A DNA stretch of 64,000 bases from an uncultured Planctomycetaceae bacterium (GCA_964531695.1 CAZHEH010000004.1:68232-132231), one strand, 5' to 3'; positions 26,005 through 38,503 are shown, numbered from the stretch's first letter. The notes: generated by a model not told the origin, from the letters alone. Program-made: numbers and translations.

Positions 26005-26236
26005 CTTGCGGTCGCCCGTACTGCCGCTCAACCCTAGGTTCAGAGGGCAGGCACCGCGACGATACCATGGCTTTGACATGCCTAAGCTCCTACAGCATCT
26101 GGATGTCGATTTGGCCGGGGGCGATCCTGCACGGCTCAATCCGAGGCCGACACAACCGCCCATCGTACAGACATGATCGTACCGCAATGCCCCCGTGGGG
26201 GGCAATGGGAAACTCCAGACGCGATCCTCCCATGGG

Positions 26237-28699
<2,463 letters not shown>

Positions 28700-28727
28700 C
28701 GCGTGCAATGCCCCCCTTCAGGGGTTG

Positions 28728-29180
28728 CTAACGCTGCCTCCGGGGGATGCGGATGCAGAGGTAGCCGCCGCGATAGGTCGCTTCGACCCCGTCAATGTCC
28801 ACATCGGGCGGCAGTTCGAGGGCCCGCATGAAGGGCCCGTGGTCGATTTCCATCAGGTGCAGGCAGGTGATATCGGAGGAAGACGCCGACTGCGGAGCGC
28901 GGCGCTCGCCGCCGACGATGAGCGTGCCGGCCGTGCGCCCGCGTCGATGGCTTCGGGCGGGCTCGATCCGCAGATCGATCTCCTCGGCCGACATGCCCGC
29001 CAGTTCGAGGATCAGGCAGTAATGGTCCTCGTACTCGCAGAAGTTCGCGGGCGGGTTCCAGCCACGCGCCGGCCGATACTCCTGGTAGCCGTGCGAAACG
29101 GACCTTTCGGCCCGAGGCCCGAAGCGAGCGCCGGAGCGCATCGGATCTCTGCGTGCCGCGAGCCGGGTAACATGTGCCAT
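28728..29180 (-). CDS. Hsp20/alpha-crystallin small heat shock protein
   Basis: ELAGMSAEEIDL, EIDHGPFMRALELP and ATYRGGYL; RBS before the ATG at 29180. Confidence 0.85.
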   Translation of the reverse strand: MAHVTRLAARRDPMRSGARFGPRAERSVSHGYQEYRPARGWNPPANFCEYEDHYCLILELAGMSAEEIDLRIEPARSHRRGRTAGTLIVGGERRAPQSASSSDITCLHLMEIDHGPFMRALELPPDVDIDGVEATYRGGYLCIRIPRRQR

Positions 29181-29314
29181 GCGAACGTCCTTTCCCACAG
29201 GTGAACTCACGCACTCCACCCGCCTATTATAGCGCGCCGGGGTCGAGATCATAAGCGGCGGCACAGCGCCCTTTCGCGCCGCGCCGCCGCTCGGGGGCTA
29301 GCCCGGTCCCCTCG

Positions 29315-30877
29315 TCACTCCTCGACGGGCGTGATGAACACGAATCGAGTAGCCCCCGTGGCGTCCCGGACGCGGAGCCGTATGCCGCCCTTCGCCTCAG
29401 CCGTGATGCGGCGAAATTCGGCCGGCGAGCCGACGTCCTTGCCGTCCACGTCCGTGATGACCATGCCGGGCACCAGGCCCTGATCGGCGGCATCCGAGCC
29501 CTCCTCGACTTCCGTGATCACCACGCCGTCGATCGGCTCATCGTAGCCGTACCGCTCGGCCATCTCCTCCGACAGCGACGCGACCCGCAACCCGTATTCC
29601 TCGGCCGACGCGGTGGAGGGTGTCCCCGGCTCTCCGAACGCGGCCGCCATGTCCTCCGGCTGCTTCCCGACGGCGACCCCGACGGTCCGCTTGCGCCCTT
29701 CGCGGTACAGAATGAAGTCCGTCTTCTCGCCGGGGCGGATTCGGGCCACCGCGTTGCGCAGCTCGTTCACGTTGGCGACATCCTCCTCGCCGATGCGAAC
29801 GATGAAGTCTCCGACCTTGATTCCCGCCCGCTCGGCAGGGCTGTCCTCGGCAACTTGGGCGACCAGCGCCCCGCTCGTGCCGGGCAGGTCGAAACTCTCG
29901 GCCAGCTTCTCATCCACGTTCTGGATCCGCACGCCGAGATAGCCGCGGGTGACCTCGCCCTCCTCGACGAGCTGGACCATGATGTCCCGCGTCATGTTCG
30001 ACGGAATCGCGAAGCCGATGCCCTCGAAGCCGCCGCTGGCCGTGACGATCGAGTTGTTGATGCCGATGACCTCGCCGTGCATGTTCACCAGCGGGCCGCC
30101 GGAGTTGCCGCGGTTGATCGACGCGTCCGTCTGAAGGTAGTTCTGGTACATTTCCGTGTTGCTCGTGCGCCGGCCCTTGGCGGAGATGATGCCCGCGGTG
30201 ACCGTCTGCGGGAAGCCGCGTGGGGCGCCGATGGCGATGACCCAGTCGCCGACCTCCGTGGCGTCGCTGTCGCCCAGCGGCGCGGCGACGAGCCGGTCCG
30301 GATCGATCTTCACGATCGCAACGTCGGTCAGCGGGTCGCGGCGGACCCACTCCGCCTCGAACGTGCGCTTGTCGGCCAGGACGATCTCGACCTCGCTGGC
30401 ATCCCGCACGACGTGGTCGTTCGTGATGACATAACCGTTCTCGGCGTCCACGATGACCCCGCTGCCCAGCCCGTGCTGCTCGAAGAACGGGCTGCGCCGG
30501 CGCTCCTCGAATCGGCGCCGCATCTCCGGCGGCAGGTCCTCGAAGAACCGCCGGTAGAACTCGTCCATGTCGCCGCCGCGGCCGGGAAGCTGGGTGGGCG
30601 GACCCACGCGGACCTTCTTGGTCACACGAACCTCCACGACCGCCGGCTTGACCGCCTTGGCCACCGTGCGGAAGAGCTTCGAAAGCTCATCGTGCCGCGG
30701 CATCTCCTCGAGCTGCGCGCGGGCTTCCTCCGCTTCCTTGACGGCCGCCGCGGTCTCCTCGTCGTCCGCCCGGGCCACCTGCATGCTTCCCACGAGCCAC
30801 GGGGCGGACGCCGCCGCGCCCATGATGATCGCTGCAATGAGCAACAACGGTTTCCATCTCGAAATCCTGTCATGCAT
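29315..30877 (-). CDS. degP: HtrA/DegP serine protease with two PDZ domains
   Basis: TNDHVV, TDVAIV and INRGNSGGPL; N-terminal hydrophobic segment. Confidence 0.93.
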   Translation of the reverse strand: MHDRISRWKPLLLIAAIIMGAAASAPWLVGSMQVARADDEETAAAVKEAEEARAQLEEMPRHDELSKLFRTVAKAVKPAVVEVRVTKKVRVGPPTQLPGRGGDMDEFYRRFFEDLPPEMRRRFEERRRSPFFEQHGLGSGVIVDAENGYVITNDHVVRDASEVEIVLADKRTFEAEWVRRDPLTDVAIVKIDPDRLVAAPLGDSDATEVGDWVIAIGAPRGFPQTVTAGIISAKGRRTSNTEMYQNYLQTDASINRGNSGGPLVNMHGEVIGINNSIVTASGGFEGIGFAIPSNMTRDIMVQLVEEGEVTRGYLGVRIQNVDEKLAESFDLPGTSGALVAQVAEDSPAERAGIKVGDFIVRIGEEDVANVNELRNAVARIRPGEKTDFILYREGRKRTVGVAVGKQPEDMAAAFGEPGTPSTASAEEYGLRVASLSEEMAERYGYDEPIDGVVITEVEEGSDAADQGLVPGMVITDVDGKDVGSPAEFRRITAEAKGGIRLRVRDATGATRFVFITPVEE

Positions 30878-31030
30878 CTCTTGGACCCTTTCCTCTGTGC
30901 ATGCTCTCGCCGGCCTTCCGTTCCGTTGCGAGCGTTGATCCGCTCCATCGACCGGCGCGCGAATTATATCCGATTCCCCTACTCTCTCCTTGTGTGTACG
31001 CACGGGCCCCCGGCACGGTTCCCGCCGGGC

Positions 31031-31957
31031 CTATCCGGCCACGACGCCCGCGCGGCGCAGTGTTTGCAGTACGAAACGGTCGAACGGCAGGTCCGTGGGC
31101 GCCGAGACGTACGTCGCCCCGCGTGTCTTGCAGGCCTGCTCGCAGCCCGACACGAACGTCGCGAAGCGTTCCTGCAGCGCGGCCCGGAGTGCGTCGTTCA
31201 CGTCCAGCTCCAGCCGGCGCCCGGTCTCGGCGTCGCGCACGGACACCGGCCCGGAGGTCAGCGGCTCAACGTCCTCCGGGGCATGCACGTGGATGACCGT
31301 CACCTCGAAGCCGCCCGCCCGCAGGCAGGACAGCGCCTCGGGCAGCTCCTCGGCCGCGTCCAGCAGGTCGCTGACAAGCAGAAGCATGCCGCCCCGTCGC
31401 ATTCGAGGGGTACCCGCGCGAGCCAGACGCGTGGCCGCCGACAACAGCTTCGTGCGCCCGGCCGGCCGCAGCGCCGCCAGGAACTCCAGTATCTCCAGAA
31501 CCTGCAACCGGTTGCGACCGGATCGCAGCGACCCGCCCAGCCGGTCGGCAAAGGGCTGCACGACGACGCGCTCCAGCGCCCCCATCGCCACGTACGCCAG
31601 CGCGGCCGTCACTTGCCGCGCGTAGTCGAACTTGGCGGATCGCGCCGCCGCACCGGGCAGAGCCGGAGCCATCGATCCCGATGCGTCGAGCAGGATCACC
31701 ACGTCGCGCTCGCGATGCTCATGGAACATCCGCAGCAGGAGCTTTTCCATGCGCGCGAAGTAGGACCAGTCGATGAAGCGGATGTCGTCGCCCGGGGCGT
31801 AGTCCCGATGGTCGGCGAACTCCAGCCCGTCGCCGAGCCCGCGCGAGCGACGCACGCCGGCCGCCCCCTGCGCGGCCAGCCGCTTGGCCAGCAGGTGCAG
31901 CCGCTCCAAGCGGGCCAGGAAGCCCTCATCGACGAAGTCGTAGCGGCGTGCGCTCAT
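31031..31957 (-). CDS. DUF58 (vWA-like, MoxR-associated) protein
   Basis: LEFADHRDYAPGDDIRFIDW, ILLDASGSM and VSDLLD. Confidence 0.88.
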   Translation of the reverse strand: MSARRYDFVDEGFLARLERLHLLAKRLAAQGAAGVRRSRGLGDGLEFADHRDYAPGDDIRFIDWSYFARMEKLLLRMFHEHRERDVVILLDASGSMAPALPGAAARSAKFDYARQVTAALAYVAMGALERVVVQPFADRLGGSLRSGRNRLQVLEILEFLAALRPAGRTKLLSAATRLARAGTPRMRRGGMLLLVSDLLDAAEELPEALSCLRAGGFEVTVIHVHAPEDVEPLTSGPVSVRDAETGRRLELDVNDALRAALQERFATFVSGCEQACKTRGATYVSAPTDLPFDRFVLQTLRRAGVVAG

Positions 31958-32001
31958 CGGCACTTCATGGTCCACGGCCAGTGGCGTTGACGCAAGCCCG
32001 C

Positions 32002-32718
32002 TCAACCCCCGCCGACGAGCCGGCGCTCGCGCGACAGCAGGGCGGCGCGCAGTTCGGCGGGGCCCGCCGCGTTCATGACGGCGGCTCGGGCGTCGGCGCT
32101 GTCTACCATGCGGGCCAGGCGGGCCAGGACGTGAAGCTGGGTCCGTTCCTCCTTGCAGCAGACGAGGAAGAACAGCCGCGTCAGGGAGCCGTCCGGCGCC
32201 CCGAACGGGATGCCCGCTCCGGTCAGCCCGGCGACGACGAAGCTCTCGGCCACGTCGTACGGAAGCGGTCCGGGCGGATGGGGCAGCGCGACGCCCGGCG
32301 CCACGGCCGTCGAGCAGAGGTCCTCCCGCCCGCGGACGTCCTCCAGAACGTCCTCCGGGGCGTACACGCGCTCGCACTCGACCGCCAAGTCCACCAGCCG
32401 CCGCAAAGCCGCATCTCGCGTGCGGGCGTCGAGCGGCGCCGCCAGGCCACCCTCGGGAATCAGCGGCAAGACAACCAGGCCCTCCGCGTCCATGCCGTGA
32501 TGGGCCCGAACGCCCCGCTCGATCCGCTCCAGGCGGTCCGCGTCCAGCTCGTGGATTTGCTCCTCGACCCAGCGGTCGATTTCGGCCTTGGTGAACAGGA
32601 ATCGCCCACCGACCTTGCGGCAGGGCAGCCGGTCGCGCGACGCCAGCTTCTGCACCTCGCGCAAGTCGAGGTGGAGGTAGGCCGCCACCTGCTGATCGCT
32701 CAACTGCTCGTAGGGCAT
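32002..32718 (-). CDS. Excisionase-type HTH fused to a PTS EIIA domain
   Basis: QVAAYLHL..LPCRKVGGRFLF; REDLCSTAVAPGVALPH; HVLARLAR. Confidence 0.85.
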   Translation of the reverse strand: MPYEQLSDQQVAAYLHLDLREVQKLASRDRLPCRKVGGRFLFTKAEIDRWVEEQIHELDADRLERIERGVRAHHGMDAEGLVVLPLIPEGGLAAPLDARTRDAALRRLVDLAVECERVYAPEDVLEDVRGREDLCSTAVAPGVALPHPPGPLPYDVAESFVVAGLTGAGIPFGAPDGSLTRLFFLVCCKEERTQLHVLARLARMVDSADARAAVMNAAGPAELRAALLSRERRLVGGG

Positions 32719-32802
32719 CGTGGGCTCCCGTGGCGGCGGATATGCTACGCCGGCCCCGCCCCGCCTACAAGCCCCACCCGGCTCCCACGCCGTTTCCGCC
32801 CG

Positions 32803-32831
32803 TTGACTTTGGGCCCGTCCTGATCTAGACT
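32803..32831 (+). promoter_or_regulatory. sigma70 promoter
   Basis: TTGACT-N17-TAGACT. Confidence 0.75.
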
Positions 32832-32902
32832 TAGGTGTATGGCCTGACCGGACTCGTGCCGCCCGGATCGTATGGCGCCACGTCCACGGAAGGAGCATCT
32901 CT

Positions 32903-33940
32903 ATGGCGAATGACGCGAAGACCTCGCAGTGGATCGGCGGATGGGGGGGGGCCGCGCTCATCGCGTCCCTCGTCGTCGCGGGATTGGCGATCTTGGCATG
33001 CGTGCTCTTGGCCGTCATAGCCGGCGTCAACGGCGTCTGGAGCACGATGGCCGCGTACGTCGTGCTCCTCGCGGCCTTGGTGGCCGCGGGACTATGGTGC
33101 GTGGTCCTGCACCGGGTGCTGGGCGTGATCGTCCGCAACGAGGAAGGCGTGCAGGCCACGGCCCAGCGGCTCAGCCGCGTGGAATCTCTTCTGGAGAGCC
33201 AGATCGGCTCGCTCCGAAAGCTGGTCGAGTTGGAAAGCTTGTCCGACCGGGCCAAGAGCTTGGTCTTCCGCGAGGCGGAGACACAGGCGCTGCGCGAAGC
33301 GATCCACCACGAGGTGATGCAGCAGAACTACGATGGAGCCGCCAAGATCATCGACGCCGCCGAGCGGCAGCTTGGCTACGGCCCCGAGGCCGAGAAGCTC
33401 CGCGGGGAGTTGACCCAGTCCCAGCAGCGTTCGCTCGGGGAGAGAATCGACGCGGCCGTGGCACGCATCGACGACCTGGTGGCCGGCCAGGATTGGCCCG
33501 CCGCCTACCGGCAGGCCCAACGGCTGATGGGGCTGTTCCCGGACGACGAGAAGGTCCAAGGCCTGCCCGAACGCATCACCACGGCCCGCAACGAGTACAA
33601 GCGAGGACTGCTCACCGACTACGCCGAGGCCGTGCGCCGCAATGACGTTGACCGCGGCATCGAACTGCTCCATCGGCTCGACGCCTACTTGACGCCCCAG
33701 GAGGCGGCCGCGCTGGAGGAATCCGCCCGCGGCGTGTTCAAGGAGAAGCTCCACACGCTGGGCGTGCAGTTCTCGATCCTGGTGTCGGATCATCGCTGGT
33801 CGGACGCGCTGACCACGGGCGAGCAGATCATCCGGGAGTTCCCCAATTCCCGCATGGCCCAGGAGGTTCGCGAGAAGCTGGACCTCCTCCGCAGCTACGC
33901 CGCCCAGGGCGCTCCGGGCTCCGGCGCTCGCACCGGCTGA
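32903..33940 (+). CDS. Hypothetical membrane protein (two TM helices and a large helical domain)
   Basis: Coding-like ORF with two hydrophobic segments, downstream of a promoter and RBS (AAGGAG). Confidence 0.75.
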   Translation: MANDAKTSQWIGGWGGAALIASLVVAGLAILACVLLAVIAGVNGVWSTMAAYVVLLAALVAAGLWCVVLHRVLGVIVRNEEGVQATAQRLSRVESLLESQIGSLRKLVELESLSDRAKSLVFREAETQALREAIHHEVMQQNYDGAAKIIDAAERQLGYGPEAEKLRGELTQSQQRSLGERIDAAVARIDDLVAGQDWPAAYRQAQRLMGLFPDDEKVQGLPERITTARNEYKRGLLTDYAEAVRRNDVDRGIELLHRLDAYLTPQEAAALEESARGVFKEKLHTLGVQFSILVSDHRWSDALTTGEQIIREFPNSRMAQEVREKLDLLRSYAAQGAPGSGARTG

Positions 33941-34041
33941 TTTCCGGACGGATTCCGCCCCCCGGACGCGCCCCCGCGCAAGGTGAATACTAGATTCAGT
34001 GTAGAGTCACCGCGCGGGACCGCGCGGGAGGAGGAACGTGC

Positions 34042-34395
34042 TTGGACGTGCGCTCCGTTTGCGTCACCAGCGACTGCGGGATCGCCGCCCGCCTGCCCCA
34101 ACGGGCGGCCGCGGATCCGTCGGCGTCCCGGGAGCAGGATCCGCACGCGGGTCCGGTGACGTCCGCGGCGCAGCAGGCCGAGTCGGTCGGTAGCACAATC
34201 GACTCCTTGCTGGCCTCCGTTGTGGAGGCGAGTCGCGCCCAGGGCCGCCCGAGCGCCCACTCCTCCGACGCCGAGGCGGACAGCGCCGCCGATGTCCGCC
34301 GTTCGGCCGACGAACTCAGCCGCCTGATCACCGCACTGGCCGAGAGGTACGAACAGGCCAAGCAGGAGGGCATCGGGCTGGACTGGGTGGCCTGA
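34042..34395 (+). CDS. Hypothetical protein
   Basis: TTG start after GGAGGAGG; helical acidic C-terminus. Confidence 0.5.
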   Translation: MDVRSVCVTSDCGIAARLPQRAAADPSASREQDPHAGPVTSAAQQAESVGSTIDSLLASVVEASRAQGRPSAHSSDAEADSAADVRRSADELSRLITALAERYEQAKQEGIGLDWVA

Positions 34396-34544
34396 GGGGC
34401 CTGCGGTCCCCGCGGCAAGGCCGCTCCCGACAGGACGCACCGGCCGGGAGCGGCTTGACTATGCGCTCATCGCGGCCCCGACGCGGCCGGCGTTCGGCGT
34501 GACCGGGCTTGATTTTGCTCGCCATATCGCCATTCTCTACATGC

Positions 34545-36104
34545 ATGCCCGAAACCTACTACGTCACGACGCCGATCTACTACGTCAACGACTCCCCGCA
34601 CATCGGCCACGCCTACACGACGATCGCGGCCGACGTGCTGGCCCGCTACTGGCGCGCGGCCGGGCGAGACGTGCGGTTCCAGACCGGCACGGACGAGCAC
34701 GGCATCAAGATCGTCAAGGCCGCGGGCGAAAAGGGCGTGACGCCACAGGAACTGGCCGACGACGTGGTCGTCCATTTCCAGCAGCTTTGGGACGACCTGG
34801 AGATCAGCCACGACACGTTCATCCGCACCTCGGAGCCGCGCCACGAGCAGCGCGTGCAATCCCTCGTGCGGCGGCTGCTCGAGGCGGACGAGATCTACCT
34901 CGGCGAGTACGAGGGCTGGTACGACGAGGGGCAGGAGGAATTCGTCACCGAGTCCACCGCCCGAGACAACGACTACAAGAGCCCGATCAGCGGCAAGCCG
35001 CTCACCCGGTACTCCGAGCCGAGCTACTTCTTCCGACTGACGAAGTGGGTCGAGCCGCTCATCGCGTACATCGAGCAGAGCCCCGGCTTCATCCAGCCGG
35101 TCGCCCGCCGAAACGAGGTGGTCAGCAAGCTCCGCATGGGCATCGAGGACCTGAGCATCTCCCGCGAGCGGGCCAAGCTGGGCAACTGGGGCGTGCTGAT
35201 GCCCAACGACGAGACGCACTCCGTCTACGTCTGGATCGACGCATTGAGCAACTACTACACCGGCTGCGGCCTGCCGGAGATCGGCGACGAGCACGACGGC
35301 GGCGCCGCCCGCTACTGGCCCGCCGACGTGCATCTGATCGGCAAGGACATCCTGTGGTTCCATGCCGTCTACTGGCCCTGCATGCTGATGGCCCTGGACA
35401 TCCCCCTGCCCCGGTGCATCTTCGCCCACGGCTGGTGGACCAGCGAGGGCCGCAAGATGTCCAAGAGCTTGGGCAACTTCATCTCGCGCCAGGTCATCGC
35501 CGAGCTGTGCGAGGAGTACAGCGTCGACGTGTTCCGCTATTACCTGCTGCGGGCCGTGACGTTCGGCCTCGACGGAGACTTCTCGCACGACGACCTGCGG
35601 GAGCGGTACAACGGCGAGCTAGCCAACGGGCTCGGCAACCTGCTCAGCCGAACGGTCAACATGATCTCGCGCTACTGCGAGGCGTCCGTGCCCGCGCCCG
35701 AGGCGGACGTCGCCGAGGCGCAGGAGGTCCGCCAGGCGGCCGAGGCGTTGACCTCCGGCGGCCCCGAGGCCATGGCCGCATGCCAGTTCCATCTGTATCT
35801 TGAGAAAATGCAAGGCCTAGTGGCGGCCACCAACCGCTTCATCGACGTGACCAAGCCCTTCCAACTCGCCAAGGACGAAACTCAGCGGGAGCGGCTGGCG
35901 ACGATCCTCTACACGTGCGCCGAGGCCGTGCGGATCGCCCTGTTGCACCTTCGCCCGTTCATGCCCGCCACGGCCGGTCGCGGCCTGGCGCAGCTCGGGC
36001 TTCAAGTGCCGGACGCTCCGCTGGCCGAGGCCGCCGCTTGGGGCGCACTGTCACCCGGAACGACCGTCAACAAGGGCGAAGGCCTCTTCCCACGGAAGCA
36101 GTGA
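34545..36104 (+). CDS. metG: Methionine--tRNA ligase (short form)
   Basis: TTPIYYVN, HIGH and KMSKS; start trimmed to MPETYY. Confidence 0.96.
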   Translation: MPETYYVTTPIYYVNDSPHIGHAYTTIAADVLARYWRAAGRDVRFQTGTDEHGIKIVKAAGEKGVTPQELADDVVVHFQQLWDDLEISHDTFIRTSEPRHEQRVQSLVRRLLEADEIYLGEYEGWYDEGQEEFVTESTARDNDYKSPISGKPLTRYSEPSYFFRLTKWVEPLIAYIEQSPGFIQPVARRNEVVSKLRMGIEDLSISRERAKLGNWGVLMPNDETHSVYVWIDALSNYYTGCGLPEIGDEHDGGAARYWPADVHLIGKDILWFHAVYWPCMLMALDIPLPRCIFAHGWWTSEGRKMSKSLGNFISRQVIAELCEEYSVDVFRYYLLRAVTFGLDGDFSHDDLRERYNGELANGLGNLLSRTVNMISRYCEASVPAPEADVAEAQEVRQAAEALTSGGPEAMAACQFHLYLEKMQGLVAATNRFIDVTKPFQLAKDETQRERLATILYTCAEAVRIALLHLRPFMPATAGRGLAQLGLQVPDAPLAEAAAWGALSPGTTVNKGEGLFPRKQ

Positions 36105-36496
36105 TGGTGGACGAGCCCGAGAAGTCAATGGAGCAGGTCATCCGCGAGGACGGCCGCTATCCGCCCGAGGCGTTCGGGTTCCTCCACGAGGGGCTGAGCC
36201 GCGCGGTGGGCGAGGTCTACGGCGAGTCCCCCCCGCCGGGCCAGCACCACGTGAGCGGCAGCCAGCTTTGCGAGTCGCTGCGGCGACTTGCGATCGACAA
36301 GTGGGGCATGCTGGCTCGGGCGGTGCTCGCGCGTTGGAATATCCGCAGAACCATCGACTTCGGACAGATGGTCTACCTGCTCGTCGACAACGGGTTCATG
36401 CGGAAGACGAACGAGGACAGCATCGAGGACTTCCGGGACGTGTACGACTTCGCCGACGCGTTCGAGTTGGGGGAGGACTTCGACCTACGCGAATGA
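36104..36496 (+). CDS. Minf_1886-like PVC-restricted protein
   Basis: DGRYPPEAFGFL, HHVSGSQLC, WNIRRTIDFGQMVY and DFRDVYDF. Confidence 0.8.
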   Translation: MVDEPEKSMEQVIREDGRYPPEAFGFLHEGLSRAVGEVYGESPPPGQHHVSGSQLCESLRRLAIDKWGMLARAVLARWNIRRTIDFGQMVYLLVDNGFMRKTNEDSIEDFRDVYDFADAFELGEDFDLRE

Positions 36497-36702
36497 GCCG
36501 CAAGCCCCGCGACAGCAAGAGCCCGGCCTCCCGCTCAGACGGGAAGCCGGCCCCCGAGACGCCGGAGCCGCCGATCAACCGCATCGACGGGGTGCCGGAC
36601 GTCTCCGCGCGCCGCCCATGGTGGAAATACGCGATCGTGGCCGGGATCTTCCTGGTCTGGGCAGGGTTCCTCCTGTACTGTGGGCTGGCCGCGAACGTCT
36701 GA
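36493..36702 (+). CDS. Small membrane protein (69 aa)
   Basis: ATGA overlap with the upstream gene; C-terminal TM helix. Confidence 0.65.
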   Translation: MSRKPRDSKSPASRSDGKPAPETPEPPINRIDGVPDVSARRPWWKYAIVAGIFLVWAGFLLYCGLAANV

Positions 36703-36744
36703 GCGCTGTCGCGCCCCCAGGGAGGAGACGACAAGGAACACGGC

Positions 36745-37722
36745 ATGATACCGTTCACCTCACGCCGAGCTGCTCTGTTGACTGGCCTGCTCGTATGCGC
36801 CGTGCTCGGGGCAGCCGGTTGTCAGCCCGCGGACGACTCGCTCGCCGAAGGCGGCGGCGAGGTCATCCAGGCGCCGGCCGACAGCATCAGCATCTACCAA
36901 CTCGCCGGGCGGCTGGCCATGAAGGTCATCCGCGCGTCGCACTGCTCGGGCACGCTGAGCGACGGCGAGCACACGGTGGTCGTGTTTGCCGACCCGAACG
37001 GTCAGGTCCACCTGGACGGGCGGGCCATCGGGCCGGACGGCGGAATTGCCGAGGTCCGCGGCATGCTGTTCGTGTCCGACGCCCACGCGGCGCCGCTGCT
37101 CCGGGCGGTGCGGCTTGCCCGCGCGGCGGCGCGGCCCCGACCTCAGCCCGAGCGGCCCGAGCCCCGGCGTCGGCCCGCCGCCAAGGGCTGCATCGTGATC
37201 GACCCCGGCCACGGCGGGAAGGACCCCGGCTGCACGAGCGTCTACGGGTTGCCCGAGAAGGCGGTGAACCTGCCCGTCTCGCTCCGAGTGTCCAAGCTGC
37301 TCCGCGACCGCGGCTACAAGGTCATCTTGACCCGGAGCGACGATACGTTCATCGAACTGAATGAGCGGGCGGCGATCGCCAACCGCAACGGGGCCGACCT
37401 GTTCCTCAGCATCCACGCCGATTGGGCCGAGAACGCCGGCGCACGCGGGTCCACCCTCTATGTCGCCCGCGCCGCCACGGGCGACTCGCTTTCACTCGCG
37501 GCCGCGTGCGAGTCCCGTCTCGGCGGGGTCTGCTCCCACAGCCGGGGCACGAGACGGGCCGATTTCCGTGTGTTGGTCCGCACGAGCTGCCCGGCCGCCC
37601 TCATCGAGCTGGGCTTCATGTCCAACCACGTCGAGGCCCGCAAACTGGCCGACGCCGCCTACCAGGATCGCCTGGCGGACGCCGTCGCCGCCGCGGCGGA
37701 GGATTTCCTCTCCTCCCGCTGA
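36745..37722 (+). CDS. N-acetylmuramoyl-L-alanine amidase (Amidase_3), probable lipoprotein
   Basis: IVIDPGHGGKDPG, EK, FLSIHAD and ALIELGF; lipobox-like GAAGC. Confidence 0.9.
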   Translation: MIPFTSRRAALLTGLLVCAVLGAAGCQPADDSLAEGGGEVIQAPADSISIYQLAGRLAMKVIRASHCSGTLSDGEHTVVVFADPNGQVHLDGRAIGPDGGIAEVRGMLFVSDAHAAPLLRAVRLARAAARPRPQPERPEPRRRPAAKGCIVIDPGHGGKDPGCTSVYGLPEKAVNLPVSLRVSKLLRDRGYKVILTRSDDTFIELNERAAIANRNGADLFLSIHADWAENAGARGSTLYVARAATGDSLSLAAACESRLGGVCSHSRGTRRADFRVLVRTSCPAALIELGFMSNHVEARKLADAAYQDRLADAVAAAAEDFLSSR

Positions 37723-37826
37723 ACGGCCGCAAGTCCATGCTTTCCGCGACTTTCCCTCGCCGCCTGTTCAAGGCCCGGCTTTGCCCCTCCGATATCCGTA
37801 TCGTACCTTCCGGCGCGGAGGAAGCG

Positions 37827-38021
37827 ATGCCACACACCTACCGAATACGATACCGGCACGGCGCGGGTCAGGCGGAGGATGAGACGGTCGTGGAGGCCAA
37901 CAGCCCCGTTGAGGCCATGGTGAAGTTCCGCCACACTCGCAACGGCCGGCCGCGCGACGCCTGGCCGGCGGACGACGTGCTCAGCGTCTGCCCCGACGGC
38001 TGCGGCGAACCGGCCTGGTGA
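37827..38021 (+). CDS. Small hypothetical protein (64 aa)
   Basis: GGAGG RBS followed by ATG; occupies an otherwise empty gap. Confidence 0.55.
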   Translation: MPHTYRIRYRHGAGQAEDETVVEANSPVEAMVKFRHTRNGRPRDAWPADDVLSVCPDGCGEPAW

Positions 38022-38089
38022 CCTCTCCGCCTGGGAGCGATGCGACGCGCCCGCGGCACCGGCGGACGTGGCCGATTGCCTCAGGCGGG

Positions 38090-38440
38090 CTACCCCTCGA
38101 TCTTCGTCACGCGGACCTGGACGTACTTCTGACGATGCCCCGTCTTCGTCCGTGAGGACTTACGGCGGCGCCACTTGTGGCTGTGAACCTTCGGGCCCTT
38201 GTGCTCGGCGTCGACGATCTGTGCCGTCACGCTCGCGCCCTCCACCAGCGGGGTCCCGACCTTGACGGCGCTCTTGTCGCCCTCATCGCCGTCTCGCTCC
38301 GGCGTGCCCGGGCTGATCAGCAGCACGCGCTCGAACCGCAGCTCGGTCTGCCCCTCGTCCAAGTCGCGCAAATCCACGTTCAGCACATCGCCCTCGGCCA
38401 CGCGGAACTGCTGGCCACTATCTTCGATCACTGCGTACAC
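38090..38440 (-). CDS. rplU: 50S ribosomal protein L21
   Basis: MYAVIEDSGQQFRV, VGTPLVEGA and GHRQKY. Confidence 0.95.
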   Translation of the reverse strand: MYAVIEDSGQQFRVAEGDVLNVDLRDLDEGQTELRFERVLLISPGTPERDGDEGDKSAVKVGTPLVEGASVTAQIVDAEHKGPKVHSHKWRRRKSSRTKTGHRQKYVQVRVTKIEG

Positions 38441-38473
38441 GGTGGTGTCTCCTGTGCTCAGGCAAAGAGCAAG

Positions 38474-38503
38474 ATTCTAGCCGCCCCCGCGGCTTGGCGT
38501 CAA
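38474..38503 (-). promoter_or_regulatory. sigma70 promoter of rplU
   Basis: TTGACG-N18-TAGAAT on the minus strand. Confidence 0.65.

Noticed and set aside
26073-26101. TTGACA on the + strand
   Set aside because: No acceptable -10 at 16-18 nt spacing and no + strand gene follows.
29181-29314. CIRCE/HrcA operator upstream of hsp20-lon
   Set aside because: No TTAGCACTC-N9-GAGTGCTAA seen; only a -10 TATAAT (29226-31, minus strand).
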